Shown here: positions 1 to 9,400 of the stretch, piece after piece
Position numbering within the stretch: position 1 is the stretch's first letter
How the letters are laid out: every line of letters starts with the position of its first letter
Assembly: GCA_965223415.1 (NCBI GenBank)
Contig: OZ245002.1
Coordinates: 1,856,001 to 1,920,000 of the forward strand
From: Myxococcota bacterium
GTDB lineage: Bacteria; Myxococcota_A; UBA9160; UBA6930
Direction: 5' to 3'
Length of the DNA stretch: 64,000 nt
Program-made: the position numbers and the translations under genes
Notes under the pieces: model-generated
The model's input: only the letters and a program-made list of their open reading frames with translations
What the model was told of the DNA's origin: nothing
Databases searched by the model: none

Positions 1-556
1 CTAGGTTTGACTTCCCAGCACCTGTCGAGCCCACGACTGCGCTGTGCCGGCTTACCAGTCCTCCCACGCTGATATCCGCTGAGATACCCGAAGCAGAAGC
101 GATGGTGCCGATGGGAACGGTCCCCTTTTTCTTACTGGTCCAGCCGTATATGGTCCGAAGGTCTTCAATCGTGACCAGGTGTACCTCGTCACCAACGGTG
201 GGATACTGTCCGACTCCCCTCTCGAACTCTCCACCGAGGCCCTCCCCGAAAAGGACAATCGTCATCCACCGATAGCCTGAGAGCTTAACCTGGGTGTCCG
301 CCTCGAGCGCGACGACGACTGGCTCGGAGCCGGCCGGCGGCGCGGCATCTGCCCCGATCTGTGTGCACACACCGTAGAGGTTGGTGTACCCGAGAGGGAT
401 GCGGAGAAATCCGCCGATCTGTCCCACCCGATGAGACTCACCGCCGACCAACACCAAGGTGGACGGCATATCCTCTCGCATGCGTACGCGAACGATGGCG
501 CCAGAGACCGATGCGACTTGACCTACGTAGGTGGGGTCCGCGAGAGCCATCGTCAT
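1..556 (-). CDS. herA: HerA-family ATPase/helicase (HAS barrel plus Walker A), partial, runs off the left edge
   Basis: Not in the ORF track. Manual translation from ATG at 556, directly after the sir2 TAG at 559-557, gives MTMALADPTYVGQVASVSGAIVRV...RVGQIGGFLRIPLGYTNLYG...FERGVGQYPTVGDEVHLV...LVSRHSAVVGSTGAGKSNL, typical of a HerA N-terminus with Walker A. Confidence 0.9.
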   Translation of the reverse strand, partial: MTMALADPTYVGQVASVSGAIVRVRMREDMPSTLVLVGGESHRVGQIGGFLRIPLGYTNLYGVCTQIGADAAPPAGSEPVVVALEADTQVKLSGYRWMTIVLFGEGLGGEFERGVGQYPTVGDEVHLVTIEDLRTIYGWTSKKKGTVPIGTIASASGISADISVGGLVSRHSAVVGSTGAGKSNL

Positions 557-1765
557 CTAACCCGCTGTCATCGATCCGAGAAGCGCACAGAAGCAGGCGA
601 AATCACCGATCTTCATTCGGCCCGCTCCAGATCCTTCTCCGGCTCCTTCACCCGCTCCTGCAGTCTCGAAGACCAGCCTCAATAGGGAGGGACTTTCAAC
701 GGCGGCCCACGCGGCGCGCTGGCCACCGATGATTCCGCTTTCCGGGCCGAGAACGATCATGTTAGAACGCTGCAACGCACGTCGCGCGAGGTCGGCTTCC
801 TGATCCGGCTCGTTGAATTGTAGGGCGTACACATGGGTTCGGGGTCTGTTCTCAAGAGCCCCGAAGATCAGATTGTTGATGTGTTCGTCGCTAAAGCTGA
901 ATCCTGCGACGACGAGCAGCGCATCATCTTGGTCGAGGAAGCGGCTAAGGCGGTCGGTAAACGCGACATAGGGTTGCTGACGCGATTCGTCGTACTTCTG
1001 GAACGACGGCAGGATCATCTCTCCGGCCGGATCCGGTTCGCCCCGCGTGATCCGCTCTCGTCCGTTGACCAACGTGCGACGCCATGTGACGGAGCCGTGC
1101 ATCTTCCACAGGCGCGTCCAGTTTGCACCTGGCGCGGTCTCCGACCGACGCAGACTGTCCGGGTGGAAGAACGGTCGATATCCACCCACGAAGCCATCGA
1201 ACGTCGGCACCCGCTCGCTCTCAAGGGCGTGTTCAATCAGCACGTCGTAGTTCACAGTGAAGATCTCTACGGGTTGCTGACGCGCCGTCTTCACGAGCCA
1301 TCGCGCAAGCTGCCGATGCGGGAGATTGTCGCCGATTGCGGCCAGATTGGGGTTGACGGACTCCGCGATCGTCCTTCGGATCGACTTCTCGAGCTCGTCG
1401 AGTTCTCCTCTTCCGAGGCCGCACAACGTATCTGCGTCACTGACGGCGGAAAGCATCATGCGGACGCGGGAGAGGATGCTCTCCACGTTTGGATTGACTG
1501 CCGTTTCCTTGCATTCATTTTCGATCAGGTCCCAAGCAGGTGCGAACTTGTCGCCGAGTTCTCCTGCCGCCGTCTTGCAGAGCGCGGTCAATTCTGGCAC
1601 GGCCGGAATGAGAGGTTTCTTGCTGCCGTCGCCGCTCTCAACTGTGACAGCACAGGAGGTTCCCGCACCAAACAGAAAGGCGATCGGCTTGTCGTGGCGC
1701 GCGAGATGGTCCTTCAGATCGGAGAGGATCTTCTGGGTGTCGTGTGACGGCGGCGCGTCGCTCAT
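557..1765 (-). CDS. SIR2-like (SIR2_2) NADase of a Sir2-HerA defence system
   Basis: Motifs FLFGAGTS, FTVNYDVLIE, LWKMHGSVTW and GFSFSDEHIN. Coupled to herA. Likely start is ATG 1765, because the ORF-track start at 1783 lies inside the IS end. Confidence 0.9.
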   Translation of the reverse strand: MSDAPPSHDTQKILSDLKDHLARHDKPIAFLFGAGTSCAVTVESGDGSKKPLIPAVPELTALCKTAAGELGDKFAPAWDLIENECKETAVNPNVESILSRVRMMLSAVSDADTLCGLGRGELDELEKSIRRTIAESVNPNLAAIGDNLPHRQLARWLVKTARQQPVEIFTVNYDVLIEHALESERVPTFDGFVGGYRPFFHPDSLRRSETAPGANWTRLWKMHGSVTWRRTLVNGRERITRGEPDPAGEMILPSFQKYDESRQQPYVAFTDRLSRFLDQDDALLVVAGFSFSDEHINNLIFGALENRPRTHVYALQFNEPDQEADLARRALQRSNMIVLGPESGIIGGQRAAWAAVESPSLLRLVFETAGAGEGAGEGSGAGRMKIGDFACFCALLGSMTAG

Positions 1766-1941
1766 CCGCTTGCTCCCTGTCATTTCTCACGGGCATGACT
1801 CACCTTTTCTCACGGGCATGACCCAGGCCTGACCGCGGTTTTCTCACGAGCATGACCCACCCCAGATGGGGGGGGCTCAGGAGGAGGCCGGTCCCGTGGC
1901 CGACCCAGGCCATTCTGCGGCGCCAGAGGAGGCGCAGGCAG

Positions 1942-3654
1942 ATGGCGTATCGCGAGGTCGGCATGTGGGAGATTCTGGAGGTGCTCCGCCGGGCGCACCG
2001 AGGCGAGAGCCAGGTGGCGATGGCGCGGGCCACGGGGCACACGCGCAAGACGATCCGGCGCTACGTGCAAGTCGCCGGGGAGCTGGGCTGGGTCGCCAGG
2101 GGGCCGAGGGAGCCGGATGAGGCCCTGGCCCAAGGGGTGGCGGCTCGGGTGCGGCCTGTGCCCACGCAGCGCGACGCGGGAGAGAGCGAGGCGCAGCTGG
2201 CGCCGCATGCCGACCGGATCCGAGCGTGGCTCCAGCCCGAGGCGGGTGGCCGAGGACTGCGGCTGACGAAGGTCTACGACCTGCTCGGGCGCGAGGGCGT
2301 GCGCGTCCCCTACAGCTCGCTCCACCGCTTCGCGGTCCGCCACTGCGGGTTCCAAGACCGGCGCCGGGTGACGGTGCGCATGGCGGCGGTGGCCCCCGGC
2401 GAGCTCGCCGAGGTCGACTTCGGCCGCCTCGGCATGGTCTGGGATCCGGAGACCGGGCGCCGCCGCACCGTTCATGCCCTGATCGTCACCCTCGTCCATA
2501 GCCGCCACCAGTACGTCCACGTGACCTACGGCCAGAAGCTCCCCGATCTGCTCGAGGGGCTCGAGGACGCCTGGGCGTTCTTCGGCGGGGTCCCGGTGCG
2601 CGTGGTGCTGGACAATCTGAAGGCGGCCGTCACGAAGGCCGACCGCTACGAGCCGATCTTCCAGCGCACCTTCGCCGAGTACGCCCACTACCGCGGCTTC
2701 GTCATCGATGCCGCCGTGCCTCGGCATCCCAAGGGCAAGCCCCACGTCGAGCGCCAGGTGCAGTACGTGCGCGAGCGCTTCTTCCGTGGCGAGCAGTGGC
2801 TGGGACGCGACCACGTGCAGCGCGAGGCCGCGCGCTGGTGCCTGGAGGTCGCCGGCCAGCGCACTCACGGGACGACGCGCAAGAGGCCCCTGGCCGTCTT
2901 CGAGAACACGGAGAAGCCGGCTCTGCAGCCCCTCGTGCGCCCGCGCTTCGATCCGCCCACCTGGGCCGAGGCGAAGGTCCACCCCGACCACCACGTCCAG
3001 TTCCAAAAGGCCTTCTACACCGTGCCCACCCGCCACGTGGGCAAGCGCGTCTGGGTTCGCGGCGACTCGAAGCTCATCCGCATGTACGTCGACGGCGAGT
3101 GCATCAAGACCCACGAGCGCGTGGACCCTGGCTGCCGCTCCACCGACTACCACGACTATCCGCCCGAGCGTGCCCCCTACGCCATGCGGGACCCGGAAGC
3201 GGCGATCCGCCAGGCGCGCGACCAGGGGCCTCACATTGGGCGCTTCGCCGAGAAGCTCCTGGCCGGCCCCTTCCCCTGGTCCAAGCTCCGCCAGGCCCAG
3301 AAGCTGCTTCGCCTCGGCCACAAGTACGGCCTGCCGCGCGTCGACGCCGGCTGCCGCAGGGCCCTCGCCTTCGACCTCATCAACACGAAGCGCCTCGAAC
3401 GCATCGTGGCCGAAGGCATCCAGCCGCTCGGCGACCCCAGCACCCCCGGACAGCTCCTGCTCCTGCCGCCCCGTTTCCTGCGCCCGCAAGGGCACTTCAC
3501 CCACCCCAACGACAACCCCGACAAGGAGACCACCCCCCATGACGACCGAGATCAACCCGTCCCTCAAGACCCTGCTCAAACGCCTGAAGCTCTCGGGCAT
3601 GCTGGCCACGCTCCCCGATCGCGTGGCCTACACCCGGAAGACGAAGCTCCCTGA
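1942..3654 (+). CDS. istA: IS21 transposase IstA (DDE)
   Basis: N-terminal HTH, GELAEVDFG, VLDNLKAAV and KGKPHVERQV motifs. Start taken as MAYREV at 1942. Confidence 0.92.
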   Translation: MAYREVGMWEILEVLRRAHRGESQVAMARATGHTRKTIRRYVQVAGELGWVARGPREPDEALAQGVAARVRPVPTQRDAGESEAQLAPHADRIRAWLQPEAGGRGLRLTKVYDLLGREGVRVPYSSLHRFAVRHCGFQDRRRVTVRMAAVAPGELAEVDFGRLGMVWDPETGRRRTVHALIVTLVHSRHQYVHVTYGQKLPDLLEGLEDAWAFFGGVPVRVVLDNLKAAVTKADRYEPIFQRTFAEYAHYRGFVIDAAVPRHPKGKPHVERQVQYVRERFFRGEQWLGRDHVQREAARWCLEVAGQRTHGTTRKRPLAVFENTEKPALQPLVRPRFDPPTWAEAKVHPDHHVQFQKAFYTVPTRHVGKRVWVRGDSKLIRMYVDGECIKTHERVDPGCRSTDYHDYPPERAPYAMRDPEAAIRQARDQGPHIGRFAEKLLAGPFPWSKLRQAQKLLRLGHKYGLPRVDAGCRRALAFDLINTKRLERIVAEGIQPLGDPSTPGQLLLLPPRFLRPQGHFTHPNDNPDKETTPHDDRDQPVPQDPAQTPEALGHAGHAPRSRGLHPEDEAP

Positions 3655-4345
3655 GCTCGACCTCCTGGAGCTCGTCCTTCAGGACGAAGTCGATCGCCGC
3701 GACCACAAGAACCTCGAGACGCGCCTTTCCCGCGCCGGCTTCGAGGAAGAGCAGACCCTCGAGGCCTTCGACTGGGATGCCCCCGTCACCTTCGATCGCG
3801 ATCGCGTGAAGGACCTCTTCTCCCTCGGCTTCCTCGAGCGCCACGAGGACGTCATCCTGCTCGGCCCCGTGGGCGTGGGCAAGACCTTCCTGGCCTCCGC
3901 CCTGGGACACGCCGCCTGCCGGGCCGGGCACCACGTCCTCTTCCTCCGCGTCGACCGCATGTTCCACTGGCTCCACCAGTCGCGAGCCGACCTCTCGACC
4001 GAGAAGGTCTTCCGACGCCTCCTCGCCCCGGACCTCCTCGTCCTCGACGACTTCGGCCTCCGGCGCCTCTCCGCCGAGCAGTCGAGCGATCTCTACGAGG
4101 TCGTCCTCGAACGCCACCGCCGCGCTTCGACGATCGTCACCAGCAACCGCGCCATCGAGGAATGGATCCCCCTCTTCGACGACCCCATCCTGGCCCAGAG
4201 CGCCCTCGACCGCCTCGCCCACAACGCCTACCAGCTCGTCATCGAGGGCGAGAGCTACCGCAAGCAACAGCGCCCCGGCGAAATGCCGACCCACACCCCC
4301 GCCAATCCCCAGCGCCGAAGCCGCCGCCGAACCCGCGTCCGCTGA
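3539..4345 (+). CDS. istB: IS21 helper AAA+ ATPase IstB
   Basis: Begins MTTEINPSL; motifs GPVGVGKT, LLVLDDFG, TSNR and ALDRLAHNA. GGAG lies upstream of ATG 3539. Confidence 0.93.
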   Translation: MTTEINPSLKTLLKRLKLSGMLATLPDRVAYTRKTKLPELDLLELVLQDEVDRRDHKNLETRLSRAGFEEEQTLEAFDWDAPVTFDRDRVKDLFSLGFLERHEDVILLGPVGVGKTFLASALGHAACRAGHHVLFLRVDRMFHWLHQSRADLSTEKVFRRLLAPDLLVLDDFGLRRLSAEQSSDLYEVVLERHRRASTIVTSNRAIEEWIPLFDDPILAQSALDRLAHNAYQLVIEGESYRKQQRPGEMPTHTPANPQRRSRRRTRVR

Positions 4346-4486
4346 CGCCAAACAAGGAGCGTGCTACCTCATCCACCGGCCCGGGACCCATGGGTCAACC
4401 CCGTGAGAATACCTGGGTCATGCCCGCGGGAATCGACACTCCCTCCTCAGCCGTAGGTTCCGGCGCGCGGCCGGATCCCTCGTGCC

Positions 4487-4681
4487 CTACCGTCCCTGCC
4501 CGGACTTGTTCTTCGTGGCATCTACCAGTCTGTAGGTCATTCCCTTCCTCGGGGTCGGGGGAAGACGCTCGCCCTTTACCGAGGTGACCTCCTTGCCCTG
4601 CCCTCCCCGGGGCCCGGTCTGCTGATACTGACCGGATCTCGGCACCTTGGCGCCTGGTCTGAGCTTTCTGAACTTGCCCAT
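4487..4681 (-). CDS. YjzC-like small basic protein (64 aa)
   Basis: MGKFRKLRPGAKVPRSGQYQQTGPRGGQGKEVTSVKGERLPPTPRKGMTYRLVD matches the PG..P.SG.Y...GPRGG...GxxLPPT pattern of YjzC-like proteins. GGAGG Shine-Dalgarno upstream. Confidence 0.75.
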   Translation of the reverse strand: MGKFRKLRPGAKVPRSGQYQQTGPRGGQGKEVTSVKGERLPPTPRKGMTYRLVDATKNKSGQGR

Positions 4682-4747
4682 CTTTGAACCTCCAGATGCG
4701 TCCGGGCTAGCACCTGCGGCCCGGCCCACTCAACAAAACGCATCATC

Positions 4748-4793
4748 TTGACGATTTCTATGAGAATGATACTTTAGGCGGACGGGCTCGCAA
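4748..4793. promoter_or_regulatory. Putative overlapping divergent sigma70-type promoters
   Basis: Plus strand: TTGACG (4748-4753), 16 nt, TACTTT (4770-4775) with TGn extension. Minus strand: TTGCGA (4793-4788), 16 nt, TATCAT (4771-4766). This is an AT-rich patch in GC-rich DNA, with an imperfect ATCAT...ATGAT dyad. Confidence 0.5.
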
Positions 4794-4811
4794 GGGCCCC
4801 AGGGAGGAGAG

Positions 4812-5948
4812 ATGGCCGGCGAGTCCATCGCTGCAAACGTCGCCCGGCTACGGCTGGATCGGCGGCTAACCCAGGAGGAACTCAGCCGAAAGGCCGGGCT
4901 CTCGCGGGTCGCGCTCGGGAAGATCGAGCGGGGAGCGGTCGTACCGCGGGCCCAGACTCTGGCCGACCTGGCCAAGGCGCTCGGGGTCTCGGTCGGTGAG
5001 CTTGTGACCCCGGTCCGGCCCCTTGAGACCGTGCGGTTCCGGGCCCATGCGCGGGTGCATTCCCGGGAGCAGATCCTCGCCGAGGTCGGGAAGTGGCTGG
5101 ATGCGTATGCAGCGCTCGAGACCGAGCTCGGGGACGCCCGGCCATTCCGCTTCGCGGCCGACGCGGGCCGCACCGTGCGCGGCACTCCGGTCAACGCCGC
5201 CGCGGCGGCCCGCGTAGCCATTGGGATCGGGCCCGAGGAACCCGTGCGCGACATCTGCGGGCTCCTGGAGGAGAACGGGGTCAAGCTCCTGCTGCTGGAC
5301 AAGAAGAGCGAATCGTTCTTCGGTCTCAGCGTCGGAGCGGGGGACGGTGGGCCTGCCGTCGTCGTGAATACCTGGGACCGGATCTCCGTCGAGCGCTGGA
5401 TCTTCACCGCGGCGCACGAGCTCGGGCACCTTCTGCTCCACCCTGCGGAGTACCAGCGCGACGCCACGGAGCTGCCGCTGCCAGCGGAGCGGGAGGCCGA
5501 CACCTTCGCGAGCCACTTCCTGATGCCCGAGGCCGCATTCGCGAAGGAGTGGGAAGAGACCCGGGGCCACCCGCTCCTCGTCCGCGTTCTCAAGGTCAAG
5601 CGCATCTTCAGGGTGAGCTACAAGACCGTGCTCTATCGCCTAGTCGAGTCCGGACGCGAGGCCAAGGGCGTCTGGCCCGCGTTCCAGGGCCAACATCGAG
5701 GCCACTTCGGCAAGACCCTTCGGAAGGCCGAAGAGCCCAAGGCGCTGGAGAAGAGCGAGTTCGCATGGAACTGGAGCCGCGCCGGCGAGCCGGAGGGACT
5801 CTCACAGCACGATTTCGTCGAGGATCGCCTCTCGCGACTCGTGCGGCAGGCGCTCGAGCAAGAGCACATCTCTCTCGGGCGCGCCGCCGAAATCCTGGGT
5901 ATCACCCGCGAAGATATGAGGAAGCAGGCGCGTGAGTGGGCGGGGTAG
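4812..5948 (+). CDS. XRE HTH fused to ImmA/IrrE (M78) metallopeptidase
   Basis: HTH segment LTQEELSRKAGLSRVALGKIERG. Zinc motif FTAAHELGHLLLH...EREADTFASHFLMP. C-terminal ISLGRAAEILG. SD GGAGGAG. Confidence 0.92.
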   Translation: MAGESIAANVARLRLDRRLTQEELSRKAGLSRVALGKIERGAVVPRAQTLADLAKALGVSVGELVTPVRPLETVRFRAHARVHSREQILAEVGKWLDAYAALETELGDARPFRFAADAGRTVRGTPVNAAAAARVAIGIGPEEPVRDICGLLEENGVKLLLLDKKSESFFGLSVGAGDGGPAVVVNTWDRISVERWIFTAAHELGHLLLHPAEYQRDATELPLPAEREADTFASHFLMPEAAFAKEWEETRGHPLLVRVLKVKRIFRVSYKTVLYRLVESGREAKGVWPAFQGQHRGHFGKTLRKAEEPKALEKSEFAWNWSRAGEPEGLSQHDFVEDRLSRLVRQALEQEHISLGRAAEILGITREDMRKQAREWAG

Positions 5949-5954
5949 ATACCG

Positions 5955-6449
5955 ATGGCGCGAACGGTCCTTCTCGCCGACGCGGACGTGCTCATCGACT
6001 ACCGCGAATCGGAGATCGGAATCCTCGAGCTCGTGGTGGAGCATCTCGGGCGAGTCGTCGTGCTGGCGCCCGTGCTCGGCGAGGTTCGCGGCGTGACGAA
6101 GACCCAATGCGCGAGTCTCGGCCTTGAGGTTGTCGATGTGGAGACGGAGCAGATGCTGCGGGCCGCCGAGGTCGAGTCGAGTGTCTCCTTCAATGACCGC
6201 CTGTGCCTCGTCGCATGCCGGGACGAAGGGTGGACCTGCGTGACGAACGACGGCGCGCTCCGGCGCCTCTGCAAACGGCATGGCGTCCAGACTAGGTTCG
6301 GCCTCGGCTTGATGGTGGATCTCGTTGCGGGGGGCGCCCTCACGAAGCGGCGTGCCGTGACGGTGGCGCGACAGATCCAGGCTGCGAATCCGCTGCACGT
6401 CAACGAGCACGTCTTGAGCCGTTTTCTCGCTGCTCTCCAAGACCTGTAG
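5955..6449 (+). CDS. PIN-domain ribonuclease-like protein
   Basis: Acidic PIN residues in LLADADVLID, VLGEV, SFNDRLCL and VTNDGALR. Starts 6 bp after the XRE-ImmA gene. Confidence 0.8.
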   Translation: MARTVLLADADVLIDYRESEIGILELVVEHLGRVVVLAPVLGEVRGVTKTQCASLGLEVVDVETEQMLRAAEVESSVSFNDRLCLVACRDEGWTCVTNDGALRRLCKRHGVQTRFGLGLMVDLVAGGALTKRRAVTVARQIQAANPLHVNEHVLSRFLAALQDL

Positions 6450-6470
6450 GGCCAGAGGAGGAGGAGTTTC

Positions 6471-9400
6471 ATGCGTCTCCAAGACGAACAACTTCTCTTG
6501 TCCGCCTCCGATCTGTCGGCCCACTTGGGCTGCCAGCACCGCACGCAACTCGACCGCCGCGCCGCAATCGGCGAGCTCGAAGCGCCGCCGCCGGATCCGA
6601 TGTTGGCCGTCCTCCAGGTGCGCGGCCTTGCGCATGAGAAGGCGTACGTCGAGCATCTGGAGCGGATCAGATCGATCCGTCGAGTCGCTCTGGCGGATTC
6701 GGCGCTCGATTTTGATGGGATGGCGGCGACTCGGGAGGCGATGGCGTCCGGCGCCGATGTCATCACCCAGGCTCCGCTCGTAGAGGGCCGCTTCCGGGGC
6801 GTCGCCGACGTCCTACTGCGCATCGACCGGACCTCGCCGGTCCTGGGGAAGTGGTCCTACGTCGTGGTGGATACCAAGCTCGCCACGGAGACGCGCGCGG
6901 GAACAGTGCTGCAGCTCTGCCTCTACACCCGCATTGTCGGCGAGATCCAAGGCCTTCTTCCGGAGGAGTTCTGGGTGGTGTCGCCGGGCGGTCTGGAGAG
7001 CCCCGAGAGGTTCCGAACGACCGACTACCTGGCCTTCGCGCGACGCATCGAGCAGCAGGTCAGGGAGGCCGTCGATGGCGCCCTGCCTGAAGAGCCTACG
7101 GCCCCGGAACCCGTCAACGAGTGCGACATCTGCCACTGGTGGAGTCGCTGCGACAAGCGGCGCCGCGAGGCCGACCACCTCTCCTTCGTAGCCGGGATCA
7201 GCCGCCTGCAGCGGCGTGAGCTGGAGCGGGTGGGAATCAGCACGCTCACCGCACTCGCGAGCGCAGCGTTCCCATTCGAGCCGGCGCCCCAGCGGGGATC
7301 CGGGGAGAGCTACGAGCGAGTTCACCACCAGGCCCGCGTGCAGCGGGACTCGATCGGGAAGGCACCCGTCGTGGAGTTCCTGCCCGAGGCTGGGGAGTCC
7401 GGGGCAGAGGCGCGTCGGCTCGGGCTGGCGCGCCTGCCGGAGCCTTCGCCGGGAGACGTCTTCCTCGACCTGGAGGGTGATCCTTTTGTCGAGGGCGGCG
7501 GGAGGGAGTACCTCTTCGGCTGGGTAACGATCGGAGACGATGGAGAGCCCGTCTACACCGCGCGTTGGGCGCTCGATGCCGCGGCGGAGAAGACCGCCTT
7601 CGAGACCCTGATCGACACTCTCCTGGCCCGGTGGGAACAGCATCCGGACTTCGCGGTCTACCATTTCGGCGTCTACGAGCCAGCCGCGTTGAAGCGCTTG
7701 ATGGGTCGCCACGCGACTCGCGAGGAGGAGCTGGACCGGCTTCTCCGCGGAGAGCGCTTCGTGGACCTACACGCCGTGGTGCGCGAGTCGCTGCGGATCG
7801 GCGTCGAGACCTACGGCCTCAAGCAGCTCGAGGCGGTGCACGGCTTCGAGCGCGACCTCGAGCTTCGGGAAGCCACACTGCACAAGCACCGGTTCGAGCG
7901 CGCACTGGAACTCGAGACCCCCGACGACGCGCCCGAAGGTTCCGCAGAGGGTGTAGAGCGCTACAACCGCGACGATTGCGTCTCGACGTGGCGGCTTCGC
8001 GACTGGCTGGAGGAGAGGCGAACCGAGCGGATCGAGGTCAGCGCTGAGCTGCCGCGCCCCGTGCTAGGCGAAGGCATCCCTTCGGAGGAACAGGAAGAAC
8101 GCTCCGCCGAGATCCAGGCGCTCATGAACGCCCTGCTCGAAGGCGTGCCGGACGCGCGCGACGCCCGGAGCCCTGAAGAGCAGGCTCGCTGGACACTGGC
8201 GCACCTTCTGGAGTGGCACCGCCGCGAGGGAAAGGCTGGCTGGTGGGAGTTCTTCCGGCTCGCGGACCTACGACCATCGGACCTGCGCGACGAGAAGAAC
8301 GGGCTCGTGGGCCTCGAGTTCGTAAGCCGCACGCAGGAGGGAAGGAAGCTCCCCGTCGATCGGTATCAGTTCCCCCCGCAGGATCACGATGTTCGCCCGC
8401 GCCGCGACCTCTACGCCGCGAAGGACGTGAAGCTCGGGACCGTGGAGGACATCGACCTCGCCGCCCGCACTGTCGATGTGAAGAAGCGGCGGGATTCGGT
8501 CGATGTGCACCCCGAAGTCGTCTTCGCGCACGAGAACGTGCCGGCGAAGCCGATCCCCGCCGCACTGCAGCGACTCGCCCAGGAGGTGGTCGAGAACGGC
8601 GTCGAAGGGCCGGGGCGGTTCCGTGCCGCTCGCGACCTGCTTCTGGGACGTCCTCCACGTCTGCGCTCCGGATCCACGGGCGAACTCGCTCACGAGGGCG
8701 AGACGACCCGCGAGTCCGCGGTCCGGCTCGCGCTCGACCTGGCAGAGAGCGTCCTTCCCATCCAAGGGCCACCGGGGACGGGAAAGACCTACACGGGGGC
8801 TCGTGTCGTGTGCGAACTCGTGCGCAAGGGACAAAAGGTCGGGATCACGGGCCCAAGCCATAAGGTGATCCGGAACCTGCTCGACGAGCTGGTCAAGGCG
8901 GCCGCCGAAGACCACCTGAACCTCAGCATCCTCCAGCGCGTCCGCCAGGGCACCGTCACCAAGGGCAGGCCGATCCAGGAGAGCGATAAGTCCGACTGCT
9001 TGTCCACCGCTCTGGCAGCCGGAGAGGTAGACGTCGCGGCAGGCACGGTCTGGGCGTGGGCAAGGGAGGACACCGAAGCCTTGGTGGACACCCTGATCAT
9101 CGACGAAGCGGGCCAGCTTTCGTTGGCGAACGCGATCGCGGCGTCCACCGGCGCGCGCAACGTGATCCTCCTAGGCGATCCCCAGCAGCTGGAGCAGCCC
9201 ATCCAGGGTAGCCATCCGGAAGGCTGCGACACCTCCGCCTTGGAGCACCTGCTCGGCGAGCACGACACCGTGCCGCCCGACCGAGGCCTCTTCCTGGACA
9301 CGACCTGGCGGCTCCACCCGTCGATCCGTGCCTTCACGAGCGAGCTCTTCTACGAGGACCGGCTCCTCCACCACGCTCAGTGCGAGGGACAGGCTCTGAT

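Larger units (their letters stand above)
1778..4438 (+). mobile_element. IS21-family insertion sequence (istA-istB), complete, with 5-bp target duplication CTCCC
   Basis: Left end TGTCATTTCTCACGGGCATGAC (1778); right end reverse complement TGTCGATTCCCGCGGGCATGAC (4438). Internal TTCTCACG(G/A)GCATGAC repeats at 1784, 1807 and 1841, with inverted copies at 4394-4409 and 4417-4432. CTCCC at 1773-1777 and 4439-4443. Confidence 0.95.

Noticed and set aside
1784..1856. Three spaced 16-bp repeats resembling a mini-CRISPR or iterons
   Set aside because: They are IS21 terminal transposase-binding repeats with inverted copies at the other end. Spacing is irregular and there are no cas genes.
1810..4351. 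Long antisense ORFs (599 aa and 284 aa) over istA and istB
   Set aside because: Shadow ORFs produced by high-GC codon bias; no recognisable motifs.
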